A stretch of 64,000 bases of DNA from Candidatus Nomurabacteria bacterium RIFCSPHIGHO2_12_FULL_42_19 (GTDB lineage Bacteria > Patescibacteriota > Minisyncoccia > Phycocordibacterales > UBA9973): contig MFUM01000008.1 in assembly GCA_001786955.1 (NCBI GenBank), forward strand, positions 11,062 through 75,061, read 5' to 3'. Each line of letters starts with the position of its first letter. Within the stretch, counting starts at the first letter, position 1. Below, piece by piece: positions 9,505 to 16,283 of this stretch. The position numbers were made by a program, and so were the translations under genes. A model generated the notes under the pieces. It was given only the letters and a program-made list of their open reading frames with translations. It was not told the origin of the DNA and did no database searches.

Positions 9505-10035
9505 CTATTCGTGCTTCAATGGTGTTGCGTGATAGTTCTCTTTGGTGTTAAAAATTATTCTTGTCAATATAACCAGCAACAAAATGAGTATTGCAAACAT
9601 GATCCACTGGATTAATCCGGAAGGCAGGAAACCGCTTATCCCGTAAAAAGCATTGGCTGCGAGACCGCTGTAAGTGTTGGAATTTTTTGTAGATGCAGAT
9701 GATGCTACGGTTTTTACGGCGCTGGCTGTTTTTACTTTTGCTGTTTTTGGAACAGTTGCCGAGTTTTCCGCATTCGGATTTACGCTATTTGAATAGACTA
9801 TCGGTGTAGGCGCGGGAGCCGGAGGGGGAGTATAAATCGGCGGCTGATAAGGAGATTGATTGGCATTATAATAATAACCATCATTATAATAACCATGAAC
9901 CGGTACAAAAACTTCATTAGCAGAAGCCTTGTTAAAAGGCATAAAAATCAAGACAAACGCCAAAATAGCCAATATTTTCAAGCCATAATTTATTGATTTG
10001 TTGTTTATTTTCTTCATATGCAAGTAGTATATCAC
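9505..10035 (-). CDS. Secreted/cell-surface protein, Tyr/Pro-rich low-complexity region, C-terminal TM anchor; hypothetical
   Basis: Signal peptide after the internal Met (MKKINNKS...ASA, likely start ~10017), a 'YYNDGYYYN...PPIYTPPPAPAPTP' region, and a C-terminal hydrophobic helix. Confidence 0.4.
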   Translation of the reverse strand: MIYYLHMKKINNKSINYGLKILAILAFVLIFMPFNKASANEVFVPVHGYYNDGYYYNANQSPYQPPIYTPPPAPAPTPIVYSNSVNPNAENSATVPKTAKVKTASAVKTVASSASTKNSNTYSGLAANAFYGISGFLPSGLIQWIMFAILILLLVILTRIIFNTKENYHATPLKHE

Positions 10036-10083
10036 TTATTAAGATAAAAGTCAAGCGGTTTTCTGGGGACACAAATAGAAAAG

Positions 10084-10121
10084 GCATCGATGGTGCCCTT
10101 TCAGGAAACCGGTCGATGCCT
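10084..10121 (-). terminator. Hairpin terminator downstream of the GC-rich gene
   Basis: ggcatcgatggtgccc...ggtcgatgcc stem followed (minus sense) by a T-rich run; a second hairpin gacgggt-ccatcgaa-cccgtc at 10133-10153. Confidence 0.4.
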
Positions 10122-10158
10122 GGATTTATTAGACGGGTCCATCGAACCCGTCCGGCTA

Positions 10159-10635
10159 CTATCTGCGCCTGTAGCCGATGATGGGGGCGAACACCCCTTG
10201 CCCCCCCTGGAGTCCGCCGCCGTAGGGCGAGGGGACAACGACCTGCAACGGCCGGTGGTCGTCCCGGCTGTTGTCGCGGCGGACTTCGTTGTCCTGGCGC
10301 GATTGTTCGCCGATGTGGCGGAGTCGCTCGACCTCAGCCGTTGTTTCGGCGGCCAAGATTTTTTTCGCCGCTTCGAGAGCAGACTCGGCTTTCACGAGTG
10401 CCAGCTTCGCTTCAGCGATTTTCGTCGCTGCCTCGATTTCCGCGATCTTTTTGTCGGTCGCGGTGACCGTCGTGGCCGTCATGTCGGTCGCCGTCTGTGC
10501 CGACACCGCCAGTGTGCAAGCCTGCCCGGTCGTGGAGCTGAACGCTGCCCCGGCCGTACAGCCTGCCGGGAAGGTTTGCGCCGACGCGGTGCCGACGAGT
10601 CCGAGAGCGAACACGACGACGAGAGTGAGTTTCAT
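10159..10635 (-). CDS. GC-rich gene encoding a secreted coiled-coil protein (signal peptide MKLTLVVVFALGLVGTASA), likely horizontally acquired
   Basis: Strong SD (GAGGAG) 7 nt upstream of the ATG at 10635. Signal peptide, Thr/Ala-rich region, heptad-like 'KKIAEIEAATKIAEAKLALVKAESALEAAKK'. GC content and codon usage are visibly unlike the flanks. The ORF track's 10159..10731 version has an upstream in-frame Met judged unlikely. Confidence 0.5.
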   Translation of the reverse strand: MKLTLVVVFALGLVGTASAQTFPAGCTAGAAFSSTTGQACTLAVSAQTATDMTATTVTATDKKIAEIEAATKIAEAKLALVKAESALEAAKKILAAETTAEVERLRHIGEQSRQDNEVRRDNSRDDHRPLQVVVPSPYGGGLQGGQGVFAPIIGYRRR

Positions 10636-10806
10636 GGTAATCTCCTCGTGAACTGGCGGGGTTAGCCACCGGGTTGATGGTATCTTTTTTTGGGTCTCCG
10701 TGCCTGGAAGCACTAATTTTTTTACTTGCAAACACGGAAACCCAATTATTTTAAAGAGCTGACTACTGGGGATAGTATAGCATATCTATACACAAAAGTC
10801 AAGGGT

Positions 10807-10825
10807 GCCGGGAGGGAAACTCGGT
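10807..10825 (-). repeat. Duplicated 3'-end fragment of tRNA-Leu (tgccgggagggaaactcgg)
   Basis: 18/19 match to the 3' acceptor/T-arm end of tRNA-Leu(TAG) at 10921-10940; no complete cloverleaf. Confidence 0.5.
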
Positions 10826-10834
10826 CACAGGTAT

Positions 10835-10895
10835 TTTTCTACTGAAAAATCCTGCGACCCCGTCTCGGTACGTCTGCCTCCGACTTTCGAGTCTG
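10835..10895 (-). repeat. Repeated tRNA-leader motif (core ttttcagcagaaaa on minus strand), copy 1
   Basis: 14-nt core shared with 11050-11063 and 11663-11676, with a degenerate ~40-nt extension. Confidence 0.4.
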
Positions 10896-10920
10896 GCAAA
10901 AATATATCCCATATATTTTG

Positions 10921-11002
10921 TGCCGGGAGGGAGACTCGAACTCCCAAGGGTTGCCCCACTAGTTCCTAAAACTAGCGCGTATACCAATTCCGCCATCCCG
11001 GC
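10921..11002 (-). tRNA. tRNA-Leu (anticodon TAG), class II with long variable arm
   Basis: Cloverleaf folds by hand: acceptor GCCGGGA/TCCCGGC, anticodon stem CTAGT/ACTAG with loop TTTAGGA, T-loop GTTCGAGTC, discriminator A. Confidence 0.85.
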
Positions 11003-11049
11003 ATGTAAATTCTCTCGTGCTTCGGTCCGCACTTTGTGGTCAGGAATAG

Positions 11050-11095
11050 TTTTCTGCTGAAAACTTTCCCAACCCGGACTCGCTCCGTCTCGCAC
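11050..11095 (-). repeat. Repeated tRNA-leader motif, copy 2 (upstream of tRNA-Leu-TAG)
   Basis: Core ttttctgctgaaaa (plus-strand reading). Confidence 0.4.
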
Positions 11096-11113
11096 AAAGC
11101 ATCCCATGCTTTG

Positions 11114-11186
11114 TGCGCCCTGAAGGGATCGAACCTTCGACCTTATCCTTAAGAGGGATCTGCTCTACCAGCTGAGCTAAGGGCGC
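11114..11186 (-). tRNA. tRNA-Lys (anticodon CTT)
   Basis: Acceptor GCGCCCT/AGGGCGC, D-arm GCTCAGCTGGTAGAGC, anticodon loop CTCTTAA, T-arm GAAGGTTCGATCCCTTC. Confidence 0.85.
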
Positions 11187-11231
11187 AAATATTTTATTTT
11201 TTCAAGAAACAATTATTTATTATCTTATAAT

Positions 11232-11262
11232 CTTTCGACCTACCAAAACAGCTAAGGGCGCA
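11232..11262 (-). repeat. tRNA-Lys-derived fragment (T-arm piece fused to 5' acceptor/D piece)
   Basis: ctttcgacct...cagctaagggcgca matches two separated parts of the adjacent tRNA-Lys. Confidence 0.45.
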
Positions 11263-11348
11263 TATAAATTTTAAAACAGCTATGCCTGCCCGTCCGTAGC
11301 GTAAGCGAAGGCGGGGGCGCAAATAATTTATTTTTTTAAAAAACAAAG

Positions 11349-11432
11349 TGCCCGGGGTGGGAATCGAACCCACATGACCTTGCGGTCGGGAAATTTTAAG
11401 TCTCCTGCGGCTACCAATTACGCCACCCGGGC
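11349..11432 (-). tRNA. tRNA-Leu (anticodon TAA), class II
   Basis: Acceptor GCCCGGG/CCCGGGC, anticodon stem GGAGA/TTTCC with loop CTTAAAA, long variable arm, T-arm GTGGGTTCGATTCCCAC. Confidence 0.85.
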
Positions 11433-11464
11433 AATTATAATGTTTTAATTTTCAAATTACAAAC

Positions 11465-11536
11465 GGAGGCCTGGGGCGGAATTGAACCGCCGTATATTCC
11501 TTTTGCAGAGGAATGCCTTACCACTTGGCTACCAGG
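11465..11536 (-). tRNA. tRNA-Cys (anticodon GCA), discriminator U, CC encoded
   Basis: Acceptor GGCCTGG/CCAGGCC, anticodon stem TTCCT/AGGAA with loop CTGCAAA, T-arm GGCGGTTCAATTCCGCC. Confidence 0.85.
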
Positions 11537-11564
11537 CCTTACACTTTTTCTTGCTAATATTTTA

Positions 11565-11622
11565 TCCTCTGCGCAGAGGAATGGCATATTCGCTACGCTC
11601 ACGCCACTTGGCTACCAGGCCG
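11565..11622 (-). pseudogene. tRNA-Cys pseudo-copy: 5' half with an insertion in the D region, no T-arm
   Basis: ggcctggtagccaagtgg...attcctctgcgcagaggat parallels the tRNA-Cys 5' half up to the anticodon hairpin, then ends. Confidence 0.5.
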
Positions 11623-11662
11623 AATTTTTTTGAAATAGCTCTTCTCAAAATGCACACATAAT

Positions 11663-11710
11663 TTTCTGCTGAAAATTTGCTCTACTCGGCCCAGTCGGCC
11701 TGCGCAAGGC
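11663..11710 (-). repeat. Repeated tRNA-leader motif, copy 3 (upstream of the tRNA cluster)
   Basis: Core ttttctgctgaaaa. Confidence 0.4.
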
Positions 11711-11746
11711 ATTTCTCAAAGACTATTTCAAAACATTCAACTAATC

Positions 11747-12070
11747 CTAACCGTTTCGCAGCAGTTCGTCAATTTTCTGCCTGTTTTTTTCGCCCTGGTC
11801 TATCGCTACGTCCAGAAAAGGGATTATTTTTATCGGCATGCTCTTTTTCAAAAATTCTCGCAGTTCCGATCTCTTGCGTTTCGCAAATTCCAGCGCATCG
11901 TGTTCTTTGGCAGTCGGGAGCACGGTAATGAATATAGTAGCTCGTTTCAGGTCAGGCGAGGTGGTACAGGACATAACCGTGATGAGCGAAGTCCTGTTGT
12001 TTTCGCGCCCCAAAAATTGCGCTGCCAGTTCTTTGATTTGATTCGCTACTTTTTCATTCCTGTTTGTCAT
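11747..12070 (-). CDS. rbfA: Ribosome-binding factor A
   Basis: ~107 aa with a KH-like pattern ('RTSLITVMSCTTSPDLKRATIFITVL'); immediately downstream of infB (conserved infB-rbfA linkage); SD GGAGGAG upstream. Confidence 0.7.
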   Translation of the reverse strand: MTNRNEKVANQIKELAAQFLGRENNRTSLITVMSCTTSPDLKRATIFITVLPTAKEHDALEFAKRKRSELREFLKKSMPIKIIPFLDVAIDQGEKNRQKIDELLRNG

Positions 12071-12079
12071 GATGTTTTT

Positions 12080-12113
12080 CTCCTCCTGCGAAGGGGGAGA
12101 TTAAGAGGGGGTC
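12080..12113. repeat. Short C5/G5 motif element in the infB-rbfA intergenic spacer
   Basis: tctcctcctgcgaagggggagattaagagggggtc; also supplies the rbfA SD. Confidence 0.3.
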
Positions 12114-13690
12114 TATTTCTGCACTACGTTGAACGCTTCTATCATGTCTCCGGCCACAACTTCTATTTTTGATTCAATCATCATCCCAAACTCGGCGCCT
12201 TCTTCCACGATGCTTGTTTTTACCTTGTTTTTTTCTAAATTCACGATTTTTCCGCGGCCAATTTCAAATTCCCGGCGCATTATTTTTACCGTGCTATTCA
12301 GGTTGATTTGTCCTTCAATTACTTTGCCTCCGACTATTTGGCGTTCTTTTGTGCGGCTAAAAGCCCGGATAATTTTTGCCCGGCCAGTTGTTTCAATTGT
12401 TTCAATTCTCGGTCTTTTTTCTTCCATTTGTTCCTCGAGCCACTCGGTCAGTTTATAAATAATATTAAAAAAAGAAATTATTACTCCTCTTTTTTGCGCG
12501 ATTTCTATGGCGCTCTTGTCGGTCTTCACGTTGAATCCGATGACCAGCGCGTTAATGCCGGATGCCACTCCTTTTATATCCGATTCGGAAATAGGCCCGA
12601 TGCCTTTTCCGACAATTCTGAATTCGGCATTCTTGCTTACGGTGGCGTTAAGCTCGGAGTTTATTTTGGCGATTTCTTTTTCAATAGCTTCAATTGAGCC
12701 GGAAACGTCGGCTTTTAATATTATCGGTATTACTTTTTTACCACTCCCAACCCCCTCCTTATCAAGGCGGGGAATTTCTCCTCCTCGTTGAGGAGGAGTG
12801 TCTGAAGGGTGAGGTGGTAAATTTTTGGCATATTTTTCAGCGTCCGATTTTTTTTGAAAAGATTTGAATTGCGCTCCGACTCTCGGCATCTTGTCAAAAC
12901 CCACAATGCGTATCGGGGAAGAAAAACTGGCTTCGTCTATCATTTTTCCCGAAAAATTTTCAATTATTCGCGTGGAGCACAGGCTGTCTTCCACGACGAC
13001 GGTCATCCCTTTTTTAATTGACCCGTTTTTTATAATCAAAGTTGCCAGTATTCCGCGCCTGGAATCTAGATTTACTTCGATTACAAAGCCGGAAGCGTCT
13101 TCTTCAATGCTGCCGGTCAAATTTTCCATTTCAGCTAAAATCAAGATTAGCGACAGCAGATTGTCTATTCCCGTGCCGATTTTCGCGGAAATTTCCGCGT
13201 AAGGGACTTTTCCTCCGTAATTTTCCAGATAAATTTCATTTTCCGCCAATTCTTTTTTTGTTTTTTCTACATTGGCGCCCGGCTTATCTATTTTATTTAT
13301 TGCGACAATACACGGAGTTTTGGATTCTACGATGGTTTTCCAGGCCTCAATCGTTTGTGGTTTTACGCCATCTTCAGCCGAAACGACCAGAATGGCAATG
13401 TCAGCTATTTGCGCACCTCGTTCCCGCATTTTTGAAAAAGCCTCGTGTCCGGGAGTGTCCAAAAAAGTTATTTTTCTATCTTTCCCATTTTCACCTGCCT
13501 GCGCAGGCAGGTCTTTATGCACAACTTCATAAGCGGAGATTTTCTGAGTTATGCCTCCGGCTTCATTTTCAGTGATATTCGTCTTCCTGATATAATCAAG
13601 CAACGTTGATTTTCCGTGATCAATATGGCCCATAACAACTACTATAGGCGCACGAACCTCCAAATTTAATTTTTTGTCATTTTTTTCCAT
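12113..13690 (-). CDS. infB: Translation initiation factor IF-2 (short form lacking the N-terminal domain)
   Basis: G-domain 'VVVMGHIDHGKSTLLD', 'DTPGHEAF', 'NKIDK'; beta-barrel domains C-terminal to it. Carries an in-frame GC-rich insert (see repeat 12741-12817). Confidence 0.9.
   Translation of the reverse strand: MEKNDKKLNLEVRAPIVVVMGHIDHGKSTLLDYIRKTNITENEAGGITQKISAYEVVHKDLPAQAGENGKDRKITFLDTPGHEAFSKMRERGAQIADIAILVVSAEDGVKPQTIEAWKTIVESKTPCIVAINKIDKPGANVEKTKKELAENEIYLENYGGKVPYAEISAKIGTGIDNLLSLILILAEMENLTGSIEEDASGFVIEVNLDSRRGILATLIIKNGSIKKGMTVVVEDSLCSTRIIENFSGKMIDEASFSSPIRIVGFDKMPRVGAQFKSFQKKSDAEKYAKNLPPHPSDTPPQRGGEIPRLDKEGVGSGKKVIPIILKADVSGSIEAIEKEIAKINSELNATVSKNAEFRIVGKGIGPISESDIKGVASGINALVIGFNVKTDKSAIEIAQKRGVIISFFNIIYKLTEWLEEQMEEKRPRIETIETTGRAKIIRAFSRTKERQIVGGKVIEGQINLNSTVKIMRREFEIGRGKIVNLEKNKVKTSIVEEGAEFGMMIESKIEVVAGDMIEAFNVVQK
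12741..12817. repeat. G/C-rich palindromic mini-element inserted in-frame in infB (encodes ~PPHPSDTPPQRGGEIPRLDKEGVGSG)
   Basis: 'ccactcccaaccccctccttatcaaggcggggaa...gaggaggag...gaggtgg'. Shares its opening CCAC(C/T)CCCAACCCC(C)TCC with the typA insert at 19781-19797, and the ccttatcaagg core with mnmA copy C (26131-26207). Confidence 0.55.
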
Positions 13691-13693
13691 ATA

Positions 13694-14161
13694 TTATACT
13701 TTGGCTTTTTGCAGCGCCTCTTTTTCTTCAGCCGAGAGTTCGTATTCGGATTTTCCATTCTTGACAGGCTTGGCAAATACGCTCATTCGTTCACGGGAAT
13801 ATAAGCTTGAAATTACCAGACCATCGCCTTCCTCATCCAGCATTCCAATCGCAAAACTCTGATTGCTACCCTGGTCGGGAAACGGGTTGAAACGTATTGT
13901 CTCAAGCCCACGAATGCTTTTTTTAAGCTTGGTATTTATCACGGAAATATTTTTTTCCATGTTTTCTTTTGCGATTTTTAATTTGCCGATTTCTTGTTCC
14001 AGCACAACAATAGTATCCTCTAAATTCTTCGCTTTTTTACCGAGGAAAAATCTCTTTAGGCGTTTTTCGGTAACTATCGCCCAAACAGCGCCAATCAAAA
14101 CGGCGATTCCGATAAAAACAAAAAAAGCCAAGAGAAAAATATTATCGAGCTTTATATTCAT
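13694..14161 (-). CDS. DUF4446-like protein (N-terminal TM helix, coiled coil, conserved C-terminal 'RFNPF.D.GSNQSFA' domain)
   Basis: Pattern recalled from DUF4446 family members; identification from memory, not searched. Confidence 0.45.
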   Translation of the reverse strand: MNIKLDNIFLLAFFVFIGIAVLIGAVWAIVTEKRLKRFFLGKKAKNLEDTIVVLEQEIGKLKIAKENMEKNISVINTKLKKSIRGLETIRFNPFPDQGSNQSFAIGMLDEEGDGLVISSLYSRERMSVFAKPVKNGKSEYELSAEEKEALQKAKV

Positions 14162-14185
14162 GCACTTTCAATATATACTATTTTC

Positions 14186-15457
14186 ATGCCTAAATCAAAT
14201 AAAAATAAGCTAAAAAATATATATCTTGACTATGCCGCTTCGGTCTCGGCTAACCCAAGTTCGATACATTTACTGGGAACAGAAGCCAAAAATGAACTTC
14301 AAAATGCGCGGAGAGTTGTTGCGGGGGTTTTGGGCGTCCGATTCGAAGAAATAATTTTTACGAGCAACGGCACAGAAAGCAATAATCTTGCAATTCAGGG
14401 AATAATTTATGCTGCAGAAAAGCCAGGTTTTCTTCCGCATATTATAACCACCAATATAGAACATCCTTCTGTGTTTGAAACCTGTAAGTTGCTGCAAAAA
14501 AGAAAACTGGCGGAAATTTCTATCATACCGGTCGAGGAGAGTGGAATAGTGGACCCTAAAAAAATAAAAAGAGAAATTAAAAAAAACACGGTGCTTGTTT
14601 CGGTAATGTATGCGAACAATGAAATTGGAACCATCCAGCCGATAAAAGAAATTGCAAAAGAAATTAGACACTTTAAGAAAGTGAAGGCAGGAAGTTTTTC
14701 GAATGGTCTGGCCGGGATTGGGCTGGAATCTGCCCTAAAGACAGATTCCAAAGAGAACCGAGGACCTGAGAAAAATTTACTGCCTTCACGAACTTATCCT
14801 TTTTTCCACACTGATGCTGTGCAGGCGGCAAATTATCTTGATTTAAATGTGGAGAAACTCGGTGTAGATATGTTGACGCTCTCCGGTTCAAAAATTGAAG
14901 GAGCAGGCAGGGTGGGGGTTCTTTATAAAAAGAAGTCAGTACCGCTTGCACCGATATTCGGTGGAGGGGATCAGGAAATGGGACTGCGGCCTGGGACGGA
15001 AAATTTACCGGAGATTTTAAAATTTGTTGAAGCGTTAAAATTAGTCCAGAATGTAAAAGAAAAAGAGGCGAAACGTTTAGCCAAACTCCGCGATTATTTC
15101 ATAAATAAAATTTTTAAAAATACTAGAAACTCAGCGATAGCAGAAAGTTTAGTAATTTTGAATGGAGACGGTAAGAAGCGTTTACCGAATAATGTAAATA
15201 TTAGTTTTCCAAAAATTCCGAGTGATCTTTTAGTTATTGAACTTTCAGCCAAAGGTATAATGGTGTCTTCAAAAAGCGCCTGCAAAAGCGGAGAGAGTGG
15301 AGGTTCGTATGTTATCAAAGCGATACATCCTGAAATAGATTCTGAAACCGGCGGATTGCGTTTTTCATTAGGCCGACAGACAACTAAATCTGACATCGAT
15401 TATACCGTTAAAGTTTTATCCGAAATTTTGACAAAACTGAAAAAATGGTATAATTAA
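14186..15457 (+). CDS. Cysteine desulfurase (NifS/IscS family, class V aminotransferase) with a ~35-aa lineage-specific insertion
   Basis: 'LDYAASVS', 'FTSNGTESNN', 'HTDAVQA', PLP-lysine in 'LSGSKIEGAGRVGVLY'. Extra segment 'FKKVKAGSFSNGLAGIGLESALKTDSKENRGPEKNLLPSRT' lies between conserved blocks. Confidence 0.8.
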   Translation: MPKSNKNKLKNIYLDYAASVSANPSSIHLLGTEAKNELQNARRVVAGVLGVRFEEIIFTSNGTESNNLAIQGIIYAAEKPGFLPHIITTNIEHPSVFETCKLLQKRKLAEISIIPVEESGIVDPKKIKREIKKNTVLVSVMYANNEIGTIQPIKEIAKEIRHFKKVKAGSFSNGLAGIGLESALKTDSKENRGPEKNLLPSRTYPFFHTDAVQAANYLDLNVEKLGVDMLTLSGSKIEGAGRVGVLYKKKSVPLAPIFGGGDQEMGLRPGTENLPEILKFVEALKLVQNVKEKEAKRLAKLRDYFINKIFKNTRNSAIAESLVILNGDGKKRLPNNVNISFPKIPSDLLVIELSAKGIMVSSKSACKSGESGGSYVIKAIHPEIDSETGGLRFSLGRQTTKSDIDYTVKVLSEILTKLKKWYN

Positions 15458-15460
15458 AAA

Positions 15461-16234
15461 ATGGATATCAAGGAATTAAACAAATCACAACTTATATTAT
15501 TGGCAGTGCTTTTGAGTTTCATTACCTCTATCGCCACCGGCATTACGACTGTAACCCTGATGCAGCAGGCACCGGCATCTTTTACCGTGCCTGTTAACCG
15601 TATCATCAAGCAGACAATTGAAAAGATAGAGCAGGTGGAAGGCAAGACCACGGTCCAGACTGTAATTGTCAAAGAAGAAGATTTAGTGGTAGATGCCATA
15701 GCAAAAAGTAGGTCTGCCGTATTTGTCGTAAGCAAAGAGATCCTTGATACGGATGGAAAAACTATTGAAGTTTCAGCTGGCAGGGGATTTGCAGTTTCCG
15801 CGGACGGCATAGTCGCAGTTGATGCCAATCTTGTATCGGATAAGGGGGTTTATTACGTAAAAAATGACAGCGGAAAATTTAAAGCGGATTTTATGTCTTT
15901 AGACAAAGCGGGTTTTTCTTTCCTTAAAATAGGAGCCTCGCTTGACGAAAAGAATAAGCTTGTTTTTACCGTTCCCGCTTTTGGAGATCTGGAGAAGATG
16001 AAGATCGGACAGAAGGTTTTATTATTGGGCAATACAATATCTTCTTCTATTTTTGAAGGGAATAAAAATGTCAACATTAATGTTGCAAAATCAAATGCCG
16101 GAGGGCTGGTCCTTAATTTAGACGGCGAGGCTCTCGGCATCGCCCTCTTTGGTGACACGACAAATTTTGCTTCAATTGGAGCAATCACTGAGGCTTTAAA
16201 GTCAACAGAAACAGTAATTCCTAAAACGCCGTAA
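15461..16234 (+). CDS. Trypsin-like (S1/HtrA-like) protease-fold protein with degenerate catalytic triad; membrane anchored
   Basis: The oxyanion/Ser motif 'GNSGG' is replaced by 'SNAGG'; no His in the expected 'TNAHV' position. N-terminal TM helix. Confidence 0.45.
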   Translation: MDIKELNKSQLILLAVLLSFITSIATGITTVTLMQQAPASFTVPVNRIIKQTIEKIEQVEGKTTVQTVIVKEEDLVVDAIAKSRSAVFVVSKEILDTDGKTIEVSAGRGFAVSADGIVAVDANLVSDKGVYYVKNDSGKFKADFMSLDKAGFSFLKIGASLDEKNKLVFTVPAFGDLEKMKIGQKVLLLGNTISSSIFEGNKNVNINVAKSNAGGLVLNLDGEALGIALFGDTTNFASIGAITEALKSTETVIPKTP

Positions 16235-16283
16235 GCAATAAAATTATTTTAAAATTGAAAATTAGAAATCAATAATCAAATAT

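Noticed and set aside
9505-10035. Sortase substrate (LPXTG) reading of the C-terminus 'FLPSGL' + TM helix
   Set aside because: The motif is LPSGL, not LPXTG, and there is no strongly basic tail. Retained only as a generic C-terminally anchored surface protein.
10090-10735. Three other overlapping ORFs in the GC-rich block (10090-10665 +, 10271-10651 +, 10412-10735 -)
   Set aside because: In GC-rich DNA all frames stay open. Only the minus-strand frame starting at 10635 has an SD, a signal peptide, sensible composition and terminators. The ORF-track version 10159-10731 merely extends that frame to an upstream Met without an SD.
10805-10895. Possible additional intact tRNA at the tRNA-Leu 3'-end duplicate
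   Set aside because: I tried to fold the region. The 5' side (GCCAGAC...) cannot pair with the 3' acceptor strand, and there is no D/T-loop signature. It is only a 3' fragment.
10799-11107. 102-aa minus-strand ORF spanning the tRNA-Leu/Lys region
   Set aside because: It overlaps two confidently folded tRNAs and their spacer; artefact.
12129-13575. Plus-strand ORFs (86-177 aa) inside infB
   Set aside because: Antisense to a high-confidence IF-2 frame; Ser/Phe/Leu-rich shadow translations.
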